From NCBI GenBank assembly GCA_973895155.1, contig OZ316899.1, positions 5,149,241 to 5,213,240 of the forward strand: a DNA stretch of 64,000 nucleotides. The letters are read 5' to 3'. A program made the translations under genes and the position numbers. This DNA is from Marsupella aquatica. Lineage: Eukaryota > Plantae > Marchantiophyta. Below are positions 52,045 through 64,000 of the stretch, piece by piece; positions within the stretch are counted from its first letter, which is position 1; the number at the start of each line of letters is the position of its first letter. The notes below the pieces were generated by a model. That model saw nothing but the letters and a program-made list of their open reading frames with translations, did no database searches and was not told the DNA's origin.

Positions 52045-53271
52045 GGTATAGCCTATTTTACTTGCCCGACTTCATCCTCCATTTTGTACATATTTGGCCC
52101 ATAACAATATTATCTAATACGACACTTTTCGCGGATTACAACGTCTATACCATATGCATATTGAATGTGTATCCCTAAACCCCAACTGCCTACCCAAATA
52201 ATGCTCACCCCATTGTAACCATAGCTTAAGTGTGTTTATAACCTCCAATAAGGTTGTATGGCAGGGTCCGACATAATATACGGGGCGTCGTTCATTCATA
52301 AAGTTACCAAGCTTCTCACAAGGTATGACCCAGACATAGTCTTCCACTTTCACACAACGTCGTTCATGACATCGATATATGATAACAACGTCTTATCACA
52401 CCACGTAAACCAATGAACGAATTCACATTACATCAAACGGAACGGTGTCCCAGACATCGTTACAAACACTGACGTTGTCTTATACGAGGGAGTCAACATC
52501 GTCAATCACGACGTTTTGTTTGTATTAACGTCAGTTCGTGCGACGTTCAATGGACATGGAAATCTACATTAGCCCAGTACTCTAACGATGCATAGGACGT
52601 CGTGCACACAAAGAACCACGTTGGCGGTGTGGCAATGTGCGTTGTGTGAGACGACGTAAGAAACCACGTCAATATAGACGTCCAGAACGTTGCCAATTTT
52701 ACCTTGGGGATTCCGTGTTTCCGTTTAGAGTTTCATACGTCGAGATTAGCCTGTTGTGAGGCAACGTTAAGTTGAGTCAAAATGTAGTTGTGATGGAACC
52801 GGTTTCCCTAATGATCTAAGTCCGGCCCATTCCACCGAAGGATCTCGATGCAAGGAGCGGCTTAACCATTAAACCATAAGTCTTGGATCAGCCTGTAGCC
52901 AAATCTGAGACCAAAACAGGCTGAACTGGCTTTCCTCTCACACCTCTCAAGGTTGAACGAAGTAAGTCTTGAGCTCCTGAGCGAATAGTGATGCGACGAC
53001 GTTGTAGTGTGAGGAATCTCTTCCGTCTGGTTGAGGGTCTTTGGTCCGGATGAGAGGACCATTCTTGATAACTCTGTGAGTGCATGGTATAGGAGAGAAT
53101 TGATTGAATCGTGTGAGGTGGCAGCCTACTCCTGTAGAGGGAGGGAAGGCTGGGGAAGTAAATAGGTTTCGATCTTGGAGAAGGAAGGCCAGACGTTTGA
53201 ACCGGCTCCCGCTCTGACCCGGCTTTTACTCTGAACCGGATTTCACCTTAACGAGAACCGGTTGAGCCACC

Positions 53272-54992
53272 ATGAGGAACCAGAGACCCCAATCTGCTGA
53301 GAAGGCAAAGGCGGACACTACCCCTGTCAAGAGCGAGGTTTGACGGTCTAAGAGGAAGGATTTACCTATTGCTTTGAAGCCTCTAAGGCCTGTACTACCA
53401 ACCAGACTAGGAGAGAAGGAGAGGTTGCAGACTGATCTAGAGAGGATGGGATGCCACAACCTACTTCTGATGACCTGGGCATGGCAGAGTGAAGATGTTA
53501 TCCGAGAGATACTCACTGGAGACGTCCCAAGTGAGTTTTCTAATACCATCAGAGTCCAACCCAAGCTTTGGACCAAAGAGGCTACTGGCAAAGCTTACCA
53601 AGTGCATACAGATGGCTCTGGTCTACTCCCCCGAGGAGAGAACCTCACCATAGATTACTTTGCAGGAAAGATGGACGAAAAAGAAGGATGGAGTGTTAAT
53701 CAGTGCATAGATGGAGACTTGAGAAGGGTACTGGCTTTCCTGGTTCCCTTGTTATACCCAGAGAAACCAAAACGAGTCATCCAGAGAGTAGGGAGCACTA
53801 TCATTGCTGCCCTCTACAAGGGGAAAACTATTTCTTGGGCTACCATCCTGTTGATGTGATACAGAAGCTAGCAACTAATCTCAATGGGAAATCGGCCACC
53901 CCCTTGTCTTCCTACGTGATTCATTTGTATGCCCAAGTAGGAGTCCTGTTCAAACAGGAGAAGAATCTTTTGGGGACAAAGAACAGTTATGTTCTTTATG
54001 GAGTCCCAGATCCAGAGTTTGTTAAGGTGGAGGACACAAAGGAGGACAAAGAGGAAGCAGAGGTACAAGTTGTTGAACCTCCCAAGGACCGTAAGTTAAC
54101 TTTAGGAGGGAATCCGGTTCAACCGGCCAGCACCTCTATTCCTACTTCCAGTTCGCTCTCAGAATCCTCTCAGAATCATTTCTCAGTCATCCAGCAAGAG
54201 ATGGAGGCAATACAAGTGAAGATGGGTATCATGGAACAAAACCTGGCCAAGATGGCTCGAGTAGCAGGTGTTCCAGTCTCAGAATTAGTAGCAAACTTTG
54301 AGCAGGTAATACAGACTGCTAGCAACAAGGAGAAGGTGGAGAGAATGGAAAAGGACCTCAAGGAGAAGTCTGATAGACTCACAGATTGTGAAGACCAGCT
54401 GAAGGAGAGAAGACAGAGGAGTAAGAAGGAAGAAGAAGCCATTGAGAGTCTGGAAGATTTAGTGGATCGTTTGGACCCTTTCCTGAACACCAAAGGTAGA
54501 GATTTGGTTCAGACAGAACTCTTTTGAGAGTACTTTGTAAAAGTACCCAATCCTACTTGCCTTGCTACTGTCATTCGTATCTCTCAAGACTATGGAGATG
54601 AACTTGAGGACTGCCTGAATGCAATGAAGGAGATTTTGGGCCAGATGAATGAGTTACACCAGATCTGGGCTAAGGATGATGGGGAGCCACCAGTTCAATA
54701 TTCTCCATCCCCTCTATCAGGAGCACCTACCACTCTTGATACTACTGCTCCTGATTTCACCTCTTCCTCAGGGACCATTCCTACCACCACTCCCGGACCT
54801 TTCGATTGGACTTCCCTCATGGGCAAGTATCCTACCAACCCGGTTCCCCCTGACAACATTGTTACTACTTCCACAGGAGTGACCTATGTTATAGAACCCC
54901 TCCAAAGCCAAGCACCTACTCCCACTATCACTCCAGAGATTCCTGAAGAGCCAGAAACTCCTAAAGCCATAGTTACACACCAAGACGGATGA
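53272..54992 (+). pseudogene. LTR-embedded ORF family member
   Basis: KPLRPVLPT...RLQTDLERMGCHNLLLMTW...EFSNTIRVQPKLWT...KEGWSVNQC...VLAFLVPLLYPEKP...ISWA; coiled coil; stops and a frameshift. Confidence 0.78.
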
Positions 54993-56112
54993 ACCGGATT
55001 CTGTAAAAACAGGTTCAACCAGAATTTATATTCAAAATGAGGTTGAACCAGAAATTTGATTTTCGCCTTTGTTCCGACCATTTTCTATGTTTTTTTAGGA
55101 AAGGATGGAAGTGATATGCCCTCCCCTTTCACATAGTATAGTTATTTTTATCTAGTTAACCTTATTAGTTTTTACATAATGAAAAGGCATGTCTTTTCAT
55201 GTAGTTTTTCAAGCGGATTTCTCTTATATATAAGGGAGAGATTCTTCCTTGACCCTCAGACTTAATATGACTTTCATGAAATTATCTTTCAACCTTAAGT
55301 CTCCTTCTCTTTGAAATAATAAATCAATGAGAAGTATACTCTAGTTTTTGGTAATCTATGGTTTGTGATTCAACATTAGTGTGCGATTATCCTTTACTGG
55401 AAGAAACTGTTTGATGTGACTAGTAATGCTTGGTTGACCCGTAGGCTGACTGGAAACGCATGCCTGAGATCATGCAAAAGCCTATTGATTTGTGTTGACT
55501 ATAGAGCTCTTGTATTCAATGAGGAGCTGATGCAAATTCACCACTAGAATTCCACAAATTGCATAGATCCAAAAGAGCAATCTGATGGATTGAATAAAAG
55601 AATAAGTTGGTTCGGAGTGATTAGTACCACCTTGCTTTGACATAGGTCAGAAAATCAATATGGGCTACCTTATGCTAATCTTTTATAATTTTCTAAGATG
55701 GCTGGTTTGAAGAAGATATGTAGGCATCAGTTTTACATGAGTTTTTACACCAATGATTCTTAATGTACTACCGCTGGTCATGAGTTACTATGTAGTGATA
55801 AGGTGTATTTCCATCTATAACTCGCCTTCTATCAGTTTTCACGCCGCTGGCTTTTGGTTTTGTTTAACACTTTTTACTCCTTTTGATTGCACTCTGGACG
55901 ATACAAACGTCATACCTTTCATGGAAGTATCATAAAATTCCTTCCATAAACCTGAGCATGTTAAAAAGGCTTGTAACCTGAGTATGTTACTCAAAAGTAC
56001 TCAAAGTATCATACTACAATCTTTCAGGTCTCAATAGCTCTTAATGGGAACGAATCTAGGCTATTAAAGAGAAGAATGATTATTCTTACTCTAAACCCTA
56101 ATCTACAAACAT

Positions 56113-59100
56113 GGCCACGGACCAGCTACTGTCATATTCCCGAGAGGGACAGTCATCCACATCGAATCAACCATACATGCACCAGCAGCCACCAGAAATC
56201 TGATCAGTTTTCAAGACATAAGGCAAATAACCTGCACATTTATACAAGTATACAAAACAGCAGAGAAGTCCTCCAGATTATAAAGAAAACTGAAAAAGGA
56301 TTACAAATCCAAGAAACATTCTCATCCGAACCTCCAGGATTGTATGTCACAAGAATACAATCACACTATACAGAACCTACCAAGCAAAACATATCCATCA
56401 CCTGGCATAACCGCCTGGGACACCCTGGGACAACAATGTACCATAAAATTATTAAAGACTCGGTGGGTATACCGCCAGCGGCAAAAACACCCACACAACA
56501 GCAACCCTGCCTTGCATGCTCACAAGGCAAACTTATAACTCGCCCATCGACTACAAAAATGATATATGCTATCCCCAAATTTTTAGAACAACTGAACGCT
56601 GACGTCTGCGGCCCTATAGAACCATCTAGTGGCCCCTTTAGGTTCTTCCTAGTCATGATTGACTCATCATCTAAGTGGTCACAGGTGTCCCTACTATCCA
56701 CAAGAAATCTAGTATTCTCACGAATCCTAGTAAATATACTGAAGCTAAAAACTCAGTTCCCGGACTACCCTATATGAATCCTCAGAGTAGACGGAGCAGG
56801 AGAATTCACCTCAAATACATTCAATGACTTCTGCCTCACAGCTGGGATAGAAGCCCAGTACCCAGTCCCATATGTCCACTCACAAAATGGGATGGCAGAA
56901 TCCGCTATTAAACGACTACAACTGATTGCACGCCCACTATTGATGCAAACTAAATTACCAGCCACGGCATGGGGACATGCAATCCTACATGCAGCATCCC
57001 TACTACAGTATAGGCCTTCATCCTTCAATTCCCTGTCCCCACACCATCTAGCATACGGCCTACCACCAGACATTTCCCACCTGAAAACATTCGGATGCCA
57101 AGTACTAGTTCCCATCTTGGGACCTAAACAAACCAAGATGGGTCCCCAACGCCAAATAGGAATTTACGTAGGCTTTGATTCTCCATCTATTATAAGATTC
57201 TTAGAACCTACGACAGGAGATGTCTATAAAGCCAGATTTCAGGATTGGCACTTCTTCGAAAATATTTATCCAAAACTAACAACCAAAAAGCAAGAAGACT
57301 TAGTAGCAGTTTCTCTGCTAAAATGGGAAACAACAGCTCTACTAAGCAATGACCCAAGGACAAAACAAACCGATGAAGAGGTAAGACATACCTTACATTT
57401 AAACCAGATGCTGCACACATTAACTGACGCATTCAATGATGCTGCTACTGTGACCCGATCCCACATTGAGGCTGGAAATGTACCAGTGCAAATTCAACCT
57501 CAACAAACAGAAGCAGCCGATGCCCCACCCAAAACTAAGAGGGGCCGCCCCCTTGGATCTAAAGATAGTCGACCTAGGCAGAAGAGGAATGCCACCACTA
57601 CAACTACCACACAAAAAATTGACAATACCAATGAAGAAGTTATAACAATCCCATCACAGGACAACAATGAAATCTCCATCCAGTATATGCATACAGGAAA
57701 AGTGTGGAAGCGAGCATATACCAAAGTCGATGACCAATTCGCCTTCCTCATTTCATAGGAAATTACTAACGATACCCCTGATCCACTTACGATATAGGAA
57801 GCCCAGAACAGAGAAGACTGGCCACTATGGCAGGAGGCAATAAATTTGGAGTTAGATTCGCTCATTAAGAGACATGTATTTGGCCCGATCTCACCGGCCC
57901 CACTAGAAAGGAGCCTAACGGGATACAAATTCACCTTTGTGCGCAAAAGGAATGCGAACGGAGAGGTCATCAACTACAAAGCTTGACTGGTGGCAAAAGG
58001 CTACACTCAGATTTATGGTCGAGACTATGACCTCACGTATTCCCCCGTTATGGACTCAATCACATACCGCTATATGATCGCTTTTGCTTTGATTCACAAA
58101 CTAGTAATGCACCTTATGGACGTAGTCACGACATACTTGTACGGTATTATGGATACTGAAATATATATGCAGGCCCCGCCTGAACTAATTACAAGAGTCA
58201 AGTTTCATATTCAGGGGGAGAAAACCCACAACCAACATCCAGACCTGCAATCAGACCTTAAGCAGATCACGGCTAAGCCGAACAAAGGACCTACTGTCCA
58301 TAATACCCATGGGATACGACCCCAACCTAACCAGCCTACAGCCGGGTTAGAGGCAAGGGAAGCTCCTACTGAGCCCTTGAAATGGTACCAAACAAATAAG
58401 GGAAATCCATCCCCAAAAGACAGTGGACTTCATCCACCCCAACATGTCAATCAACAAAATAAGAAGCAGACACCGAAGCCAGCATATGCAGTACAAGTAA
58501 TGAGATCAATAAACGGCCTCAAACAGAGCGGCCGGATCTGGTATAAACGCTTTCGTGATGAAATGTTGACTTTACAGTTTACAAATGTAGACATAGCACC
58601 CTGCCTATTTCTTAAACATGTTGGCACAGAGTTTGTGATACTTGCCATTTACGTTGATGACATAAACATTTTTGGAACTAAGCAGCTCACAACATAGACA
58701 GTTGAAACACTCAAAAGAATCTTTGAAATGAAAGATATTGGAGTCCCGAGCTACTGCCTAAGCATCCAGTTTAACCATCTAGAAGATGGCATCCTCATTA
58801 ACCAATCTACTTACACACAGAAAATTCTTAAGCAGTTCAACATGCAGAATTCATACTCGGTGAGCACTCCAATGGACCTGCGTTCTCTTGACCCAGCACG
58901 AGACATGTTTAAGAAACGCCAAGAACATGAACAGGTGCTGGGACCAGAGAAGCCATACCTATCAGCGATTGGAGCCCTACTGTACCTAGCAAATCAGACA
59001 CGACCTGATATCAGCTTTGCAGTAAGCCTCCTAGCAAGACATGGATCACAGCAACAATCCGACATTGGAATGGCATTGAAAGAGTGTTTTGATACTTACA

Positions 59101-59665
59101 AGGGACTGCGGACATGGGACTATACTTCCCCAAGAAGACCAACCCAACCTTGACTGGATACGCCGATGCCGGGTACTTGTCCGACCCAGATGATGTGAAG
59201 TCCCAAACGGGATACGTTTTTCTACAGGGCATAACAGCAATTTCCTGGAAGAGCACAAAACAATCACTGACTGCCACATCATCTAACCATTCAGAAATTA
59301 TAGCACTATATGAAGCCACAAGAGAATGCGTGTGGCTCAGAAGCTTAATTGACCACATCAACCAGAACACAGGCAAACCACCACTGTCGGAACCGACCAT
59401 TATCTACGAAGATAACCGACCCTGTGTGGATCAGATTGCGCAAGGCTTTATTAAAGGGGACAGGATAAAACATATTGCACCAAAACTATTCTATGCGCAT
59501 GAACAACACGGAGATAAGATCCAAGTCCAATGGATATCCACCAAAGAAAATAGAGCTGACCTATTCACGAAGCCCTTGCCGCCCGCCCTCCATAAAGCGC
59601 ATACACTCGAGATAGGAATGCGCCAGTTAAAAGACTTACTACGCCAAGATGCAGCACAAAATTAA
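56113..59665 (+). pseudogene. Copia pol (protease end, integrase, RT, RNase H) of the 37757-60236 element
   Basis: WHNRLGHPG, ADVCGPI, VDGAGEF, AESAIKR, GLKQSGRIWY, IYVDDI, YADAGY, YEDN, ADLFTKPL. Several stops and frameshifts. Confidence 0.95.
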
Positions 59666-60236
59666 CACAAGGCGCAAGCACTTATCTCTTCCCACCAAGA
59701 CGGACCTGGCGACTGCACACCATCGCGACCTTGAAACAGCAACGTCCCAACACCGCAGAGTTCACAGCGACATTCAACTTAGAGCTCTTTATCGTTCTTT
59801 ATCGAGAGAAATCCGTCACTCTGTGTCAAGACTCCAATGGCAACACAACAACTTTGATACCGCCCAACTGAAGTTTACACTTTAGACATAGACTTTACAT
59901 TAGACTCATAAATTGTTTTAGATACTTAAACTCTAATTACTCCTAACTCTCACTCTCAGACCTAGTACCCCTTTAGTTAATCCCACATTATGTAATGGTT
60001 GTGGCACTCTTTCCCTTACAGCCAGAAGAAGGGTTTTGATGAGACCAAACCAACAATAGATGGGACCTAATACGGGTTAAACTTTACATTAGTGTGGTTG
60101 ATTTTTACATACACTCAAATCAACCAAGGGGGAGTGTTATGAGTTAAAGCTAACCCTAGATTTAACCCCAACTACATAGGTTAAGGAGCGGTTATACAAC
60201 CACCTTCCTATAACCTCACATGTGTATCTAAGATTG

Positions 60237-63200
60237 TGTTATACCCTAATTATGATTGGGTATACTAACTATAGTTAGAAACCATGGTTAACTCCAACCA
60301 GAGTTACCATATGTATATATTCTCTCCTTGAAATAGAAGATCATATCATTGTTGGTGTATTTTAGTTTGTAACACGTTATCAGCACGAATGTGCTCTTAA
60401 GTTTTTTTTTTAGGGGGTCGTTCAATCTTTAGGCAGTTATACTTGACAGTTATCGAATTTGTCAACTTTTGGGCATCTGATGCATGCCTTTTTCTTTAAG
60501 AAAACATCAAGTAACAATGAGGGATGATTACCAATAGCATTCCTTATTCAATAGAACTTTTTTTTTGCACCACAATTCGGAACTCAATTGGACATTTTTG
60601 ATCTCAGGATGACATCGAATTCCATTGAGAAACTTCTATTCCCAGCCTTGCAGATTGATGGCAAGAATTACAACGATTGGTATATAGATGTAGAGGTCCA
60701 TCTCACTGCAAAACAAATTGATGAGGCCATACACACAGATGCCGGTGTAGACCAATACACCAAGGCACAAGCCTTAGTACTACTTCGACATCACTTAGTA
60801 GATCCTCTGAAATGTCAGTATAAGACTGTATACAATCCTCAATTACTCTGGGATGCATTGAAATCGAGATTCGAGCATATCACTACGATCAATCTGCCTA
60901 ATGCTCTACAAGCATGGGTTACTCTAAGAGTCCAAGATTTCAAATCAATAGATTTATACAACAGTGAGATGCTTAGGATCTCAAATGAACTCCATATGTG
61001 TGGAGAACCAGTAAGTGATAAACAGCAAATTGAAAAGACATTAGCTACATTTCACCCAACTAACTTGGTGATTTTGAACCAGTACAAGAATATGGCTTTT
61101 ACAACATACTCCGCGCTCATTGCCCACATGCTTTTAGCAGAACAGAATTCCATCCTCCTTATGAATAATGCAAAGGAAAGACCTCCGGGGACACTTCCTA
61201 TACCACCCATTACTGAAACCAACTTAGTCACACAGGATACGAGAGGAGAAACATATATGACAACTTCTAATGGACAAACATTAAGGGGGAGAGGTTCATA
61301 TCGTGGCCGAGGAACAATTAGAGGAAGAGGAAATTTCTCTCAAAGAGGTGGATATAGTTCCAACTACAGAGGACGAGGTCGTGGAAGAATGAACAATGCA
61401 AATAGGAGCAACTGGAATAGTGGAAAAGCAGATTTCCAACAACCAAATCGGGAGCGACAACGAACCTCCTTCAGCAACAAACAACAAAACCCAATTACAT
61501 GTTTCAGGTGCGGAACCAAAGGACACACCCAGAAGGTATGCCATGCACCTAGCCACCTCGTTCTACTTTATAACAAGAGCTTGAACGAATCAAAATTTGA
61601 AGCACATGGGGCTTTTTTAGAGTCACCTGAGATTATACCAGAAATCCATATGCTGAATTCATCACTGAATATCGAGGACCCGGACTTCTGCATCGTCGAC
61701 AGTGGTACAATCCATACTATCCTTCAAGATAATAAATATTTCCAAGGAATTACCCCTTCACAAAGGAAAATAACAACGATAATGGGACAACATCAAATTG
61801 AGGAGGGTCATGGCAACGCCACAGTAGTTCTCCCAGAAGGAACAATTATTAAAATCACATCTGCGATATATGCTCCCAAAGCAACAAGAAATCTACTTAG
61901 TTTTAAAGACATAAGAGCAAATAACCTACATATTCAAATAGATATTCAAGACTCACGAGAAGTTCTACAAATAGTATCTCACTCATCAAAAGGCAGACTT
62001 GTTAAAGAAAATTTACAAGCTTACCCTTTAGGATACTATGCAACTCGAACTCAATGCTACCATGTTCAGACTGAATCACAGAACCTCACAGAGATCTGGC
62101 ATAGACGATTGGGACATCCTGGAACAAGCATGTTCCACAGAATTGTCAATAACTCTAAAGGAGTATCAAAAGAAGTACATCCTAGAGCATTCAAAGGACC
62201 ATGCCTTGCCTGCTCACAGGGCAAGATGATTACTGCTCCCTCCAATTCCAAAACCGAAAACCACATACCTGCATTTCTTGAGAGACTTCATGCAGATGTT
62301 TGCGGACCCATCGATCCTCCCAGTGGCCCATTTTGCTATTTTCTGGTCGTCATAGACGCAAGCTCCAAGTGGTCAAGGGTTTCCCTATTATCAACCCGGA
62401 ACCTCGTTTTCTCTCGGATTCTGGCCACATTATACGACTGAGAGCTCAATTCCCAGAATATCCAATTCGAACCCTTAGGACTAATGGAGCTGGAGAGTTT
62501 ACATCAAAAACTTTTGATGAATTTTGTCTCATCAACGGCATTGATTCACAATACAATGTCCCATATGTACATTTTCAAAATGGTATGACCGAGTCACTTA
62601 TTAAACGTATACAACTGATCTCTTGACCTTTATTAATGCAATCCTCTCTTCCAGCGACTGCATGGGGACATGCAGTCCTACATGCTGCGTCTCTCCTTTT
62701 ATACAGACGATCAACCTACAATAGCACTACACCTCATCAATTGGCATTTGGAAATTCTCCAAACATTTCACACTTGAGAATATTCGGATGTCAGTCCTCG
62801 TACCCATCCTAGGTCCCAAACGGACAAAATTAGGACTTCAGAGAAGAAAAGGTATCTATGTGGGATTCGACTCTACATCGATCATCCGATACATGGAACC
62901 TACCACTGCAGATATATTCAAAGCCCGCTTTACTGATTGTCATTTTTATGAAACCATTTTTCCAACTTTAACATCACCAGAGGGAAAACAGAAAACATTA
63001 CCAAATATATTCACCTGGCACGCTAGTCCTGAACTATGTCCAGATCCACGCACAGAACAGGCTGAATTAGAAGTCAGAAGAATTATCCAACTCACAAAGA
63101 TTATGGAAGTTATACCTGAGTCATTCGCAGATGCAACGAATGTAACTAAATCTCATATACCAACAATGAATACCCCATCCTGGATACAAATCGGACCTCA

Positions 63201-64000
63201 GTTAGCGTCTGATCAACAATTAAAACCAAAGAGAGGACGCCCTCTAGGGGCTGTTGACAAACAACTCAGACAAAGGCGAAAGCTTCCAACATCACCTGAA
63301 ACAAGACCACAAGCTCATACTTATATTTCAGAATCATATCACCCAGAGACAGCCATACATTATAATACCACTGGCCACATCTTAGATAGAACCTGAGTAA
63401 TACCTGATGATCAATTTGCTTTTCATATATCACAGGATATTACTAACTTACCTGACCCAAAATCTGTCAAAGAAGCACAAAACCAAACAGATTGGCCTAA
63501 ATGGCAAATAACAATGAACTCCGAGTTAGATTCTTTGATATCTAGAAAAGTATTTGGTCCTATAACCATTGCTTCTCCAGACCAACACCTTACAGGATAC
63601 AAAATCATATTTAACAAAAAAAGGAATTCCCAAGGAGAAATTGTGAGGTATAAAGCTTGACTCGTTGCAAAAGGTTATACTCAAATCTATGGCACAGATT
63701 ATGACCTAACATATTCTCTAGTCATGGATGTAACTACTTACCGATACTTGATAGCATTTGCAATCCAGCACAAACTTCTCATGCATCAACTTGATGTGGT
63801 GACCGCTTACCTTTACGGTCAACTTGACACTGTGATATATATGGAAGTTCCACCAGAGCTTATAGAGCGTGTCAATTTCCATGCAAATTCAAATCATGAT
63901 GCAGATATGCATAGTAGCAAACATGCAAATGAATTTGACTACGTAAATAAGCTGGTACTTCACAATGCTTCTAAAGCAATTGCATTCCAGGAAACTCCTG
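60237..64000 (+). mobile_element. Another Bianca-type copia inserted into the 3' LTR of the previous one (runs off the window)
   Basis: LTR TGTT...AACA at 60237-60374; PBS CGTTATCAGCACG at 60375-60387; gag-pol follows. Confidence 0.93.
60609..64000 (+). pseudogene. Copia gag-protease-integrase-RT polyprotein (disrupted after ~62430)
   Basis: LQIDGKNYNDW gag, CFRCGTKGHTQKVC, CIVDSGT, WHRRLGHPG, HADVCGPI, NGAGEFTS, AKGYTQ, LDVVTAYLYG. Confidence 0.95.

Larger units (their letters stand above)
41741..52792 (-). mobile_element. En/Spm (CACTA-superfamily) transposon, 11,052 bp, with CACAA termini
   Basis: Perfect 13-bp TIR CACAACTACATTT at 41741-41753 and 52780-52792; 3-bp TSD ATG at 41738-41740 and 52793-52795; TnpD-type transposase. 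Confidence 0.95.
41547..56107 (+). mobile_element. Solo-LTR-like unit D (~3.5 kb without its nested En/Spm element) with internal ORF
   Basis: TGTGAG...CTACA ends; TSD AACAT at 41542-41546 and 56108-56112. Copia protease resumes after it (IEH|GHGPA). Confidence 0.92.
37757..60236 (+). mobile_element. Full-length Bianca-type copia carrying nested insertions
   Basis: 5' LTR 37757-37920; PBS TGTTATCAGCATG at 37921-37933; gag-pol pieces; PPT CAAGGGGGAG at 60125-60134. 3' LTR 60135-60236 is identical to the first 102 bp of the 5' LTR before being interrupted. Confidence 0.95.

Noticed and set aside
56092-56101. Telomere-like AAACCCTA near LTR ends (also ~41017 and ~24998)
   Set aside because: Single copies only; at most telobox-like, not interstitial telomere arrays.

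Overview
Eukaryotic DNA made almost entirely of nested transposable elements. It has GT-AG introns and many CGA/CAG->TGA/TAG stops, consistent with methylation-driven decay; a non-seed land plant is the likely source (inference). Boundaries could be resolved from target-site duplications (TSDs). (1) Five Ty1/copia elements or fragments of Bianca type. (2) A deleted Ty3/gypsy element at ~5.5-12.1 kb. (3) Four related 2.2-4.1 kb TG...CA solo-LTR-like units with 5-bp TSDs, three carrying a homologous ORF inside the unit. (4) A 10.8-kb Mutator-like element (12833-23663, 9-bp TSD). It has a GCM-like/DDE/SWIM transposase and a divergent cargo gene joining a ParB/Srx-like domain to a degenerate N4/N6 DNA-methyltransferase domain. 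An 18-bp palindrome GCTAGCGA-NN-TCGCTAGC recurs 7 times, only in its non-coding parts. (5) An 11-kb En/Spm-type element with CACAA termini (41741-52792, 3-bp TSD) carrying a BRCT gene, a TnpA-like gene and a SET-domain exon placed so it could be spliced as an alternative to the transposase. The only probable host sequence is the last exon of a SUVH/SUVR-like H3K9 methyltransferase (34808-35060, minus). The best candidate new system is the ParB-MTase plus parS-like palindrome module in the MULE. All domain calls are from motif recognition by eye, not database searches.
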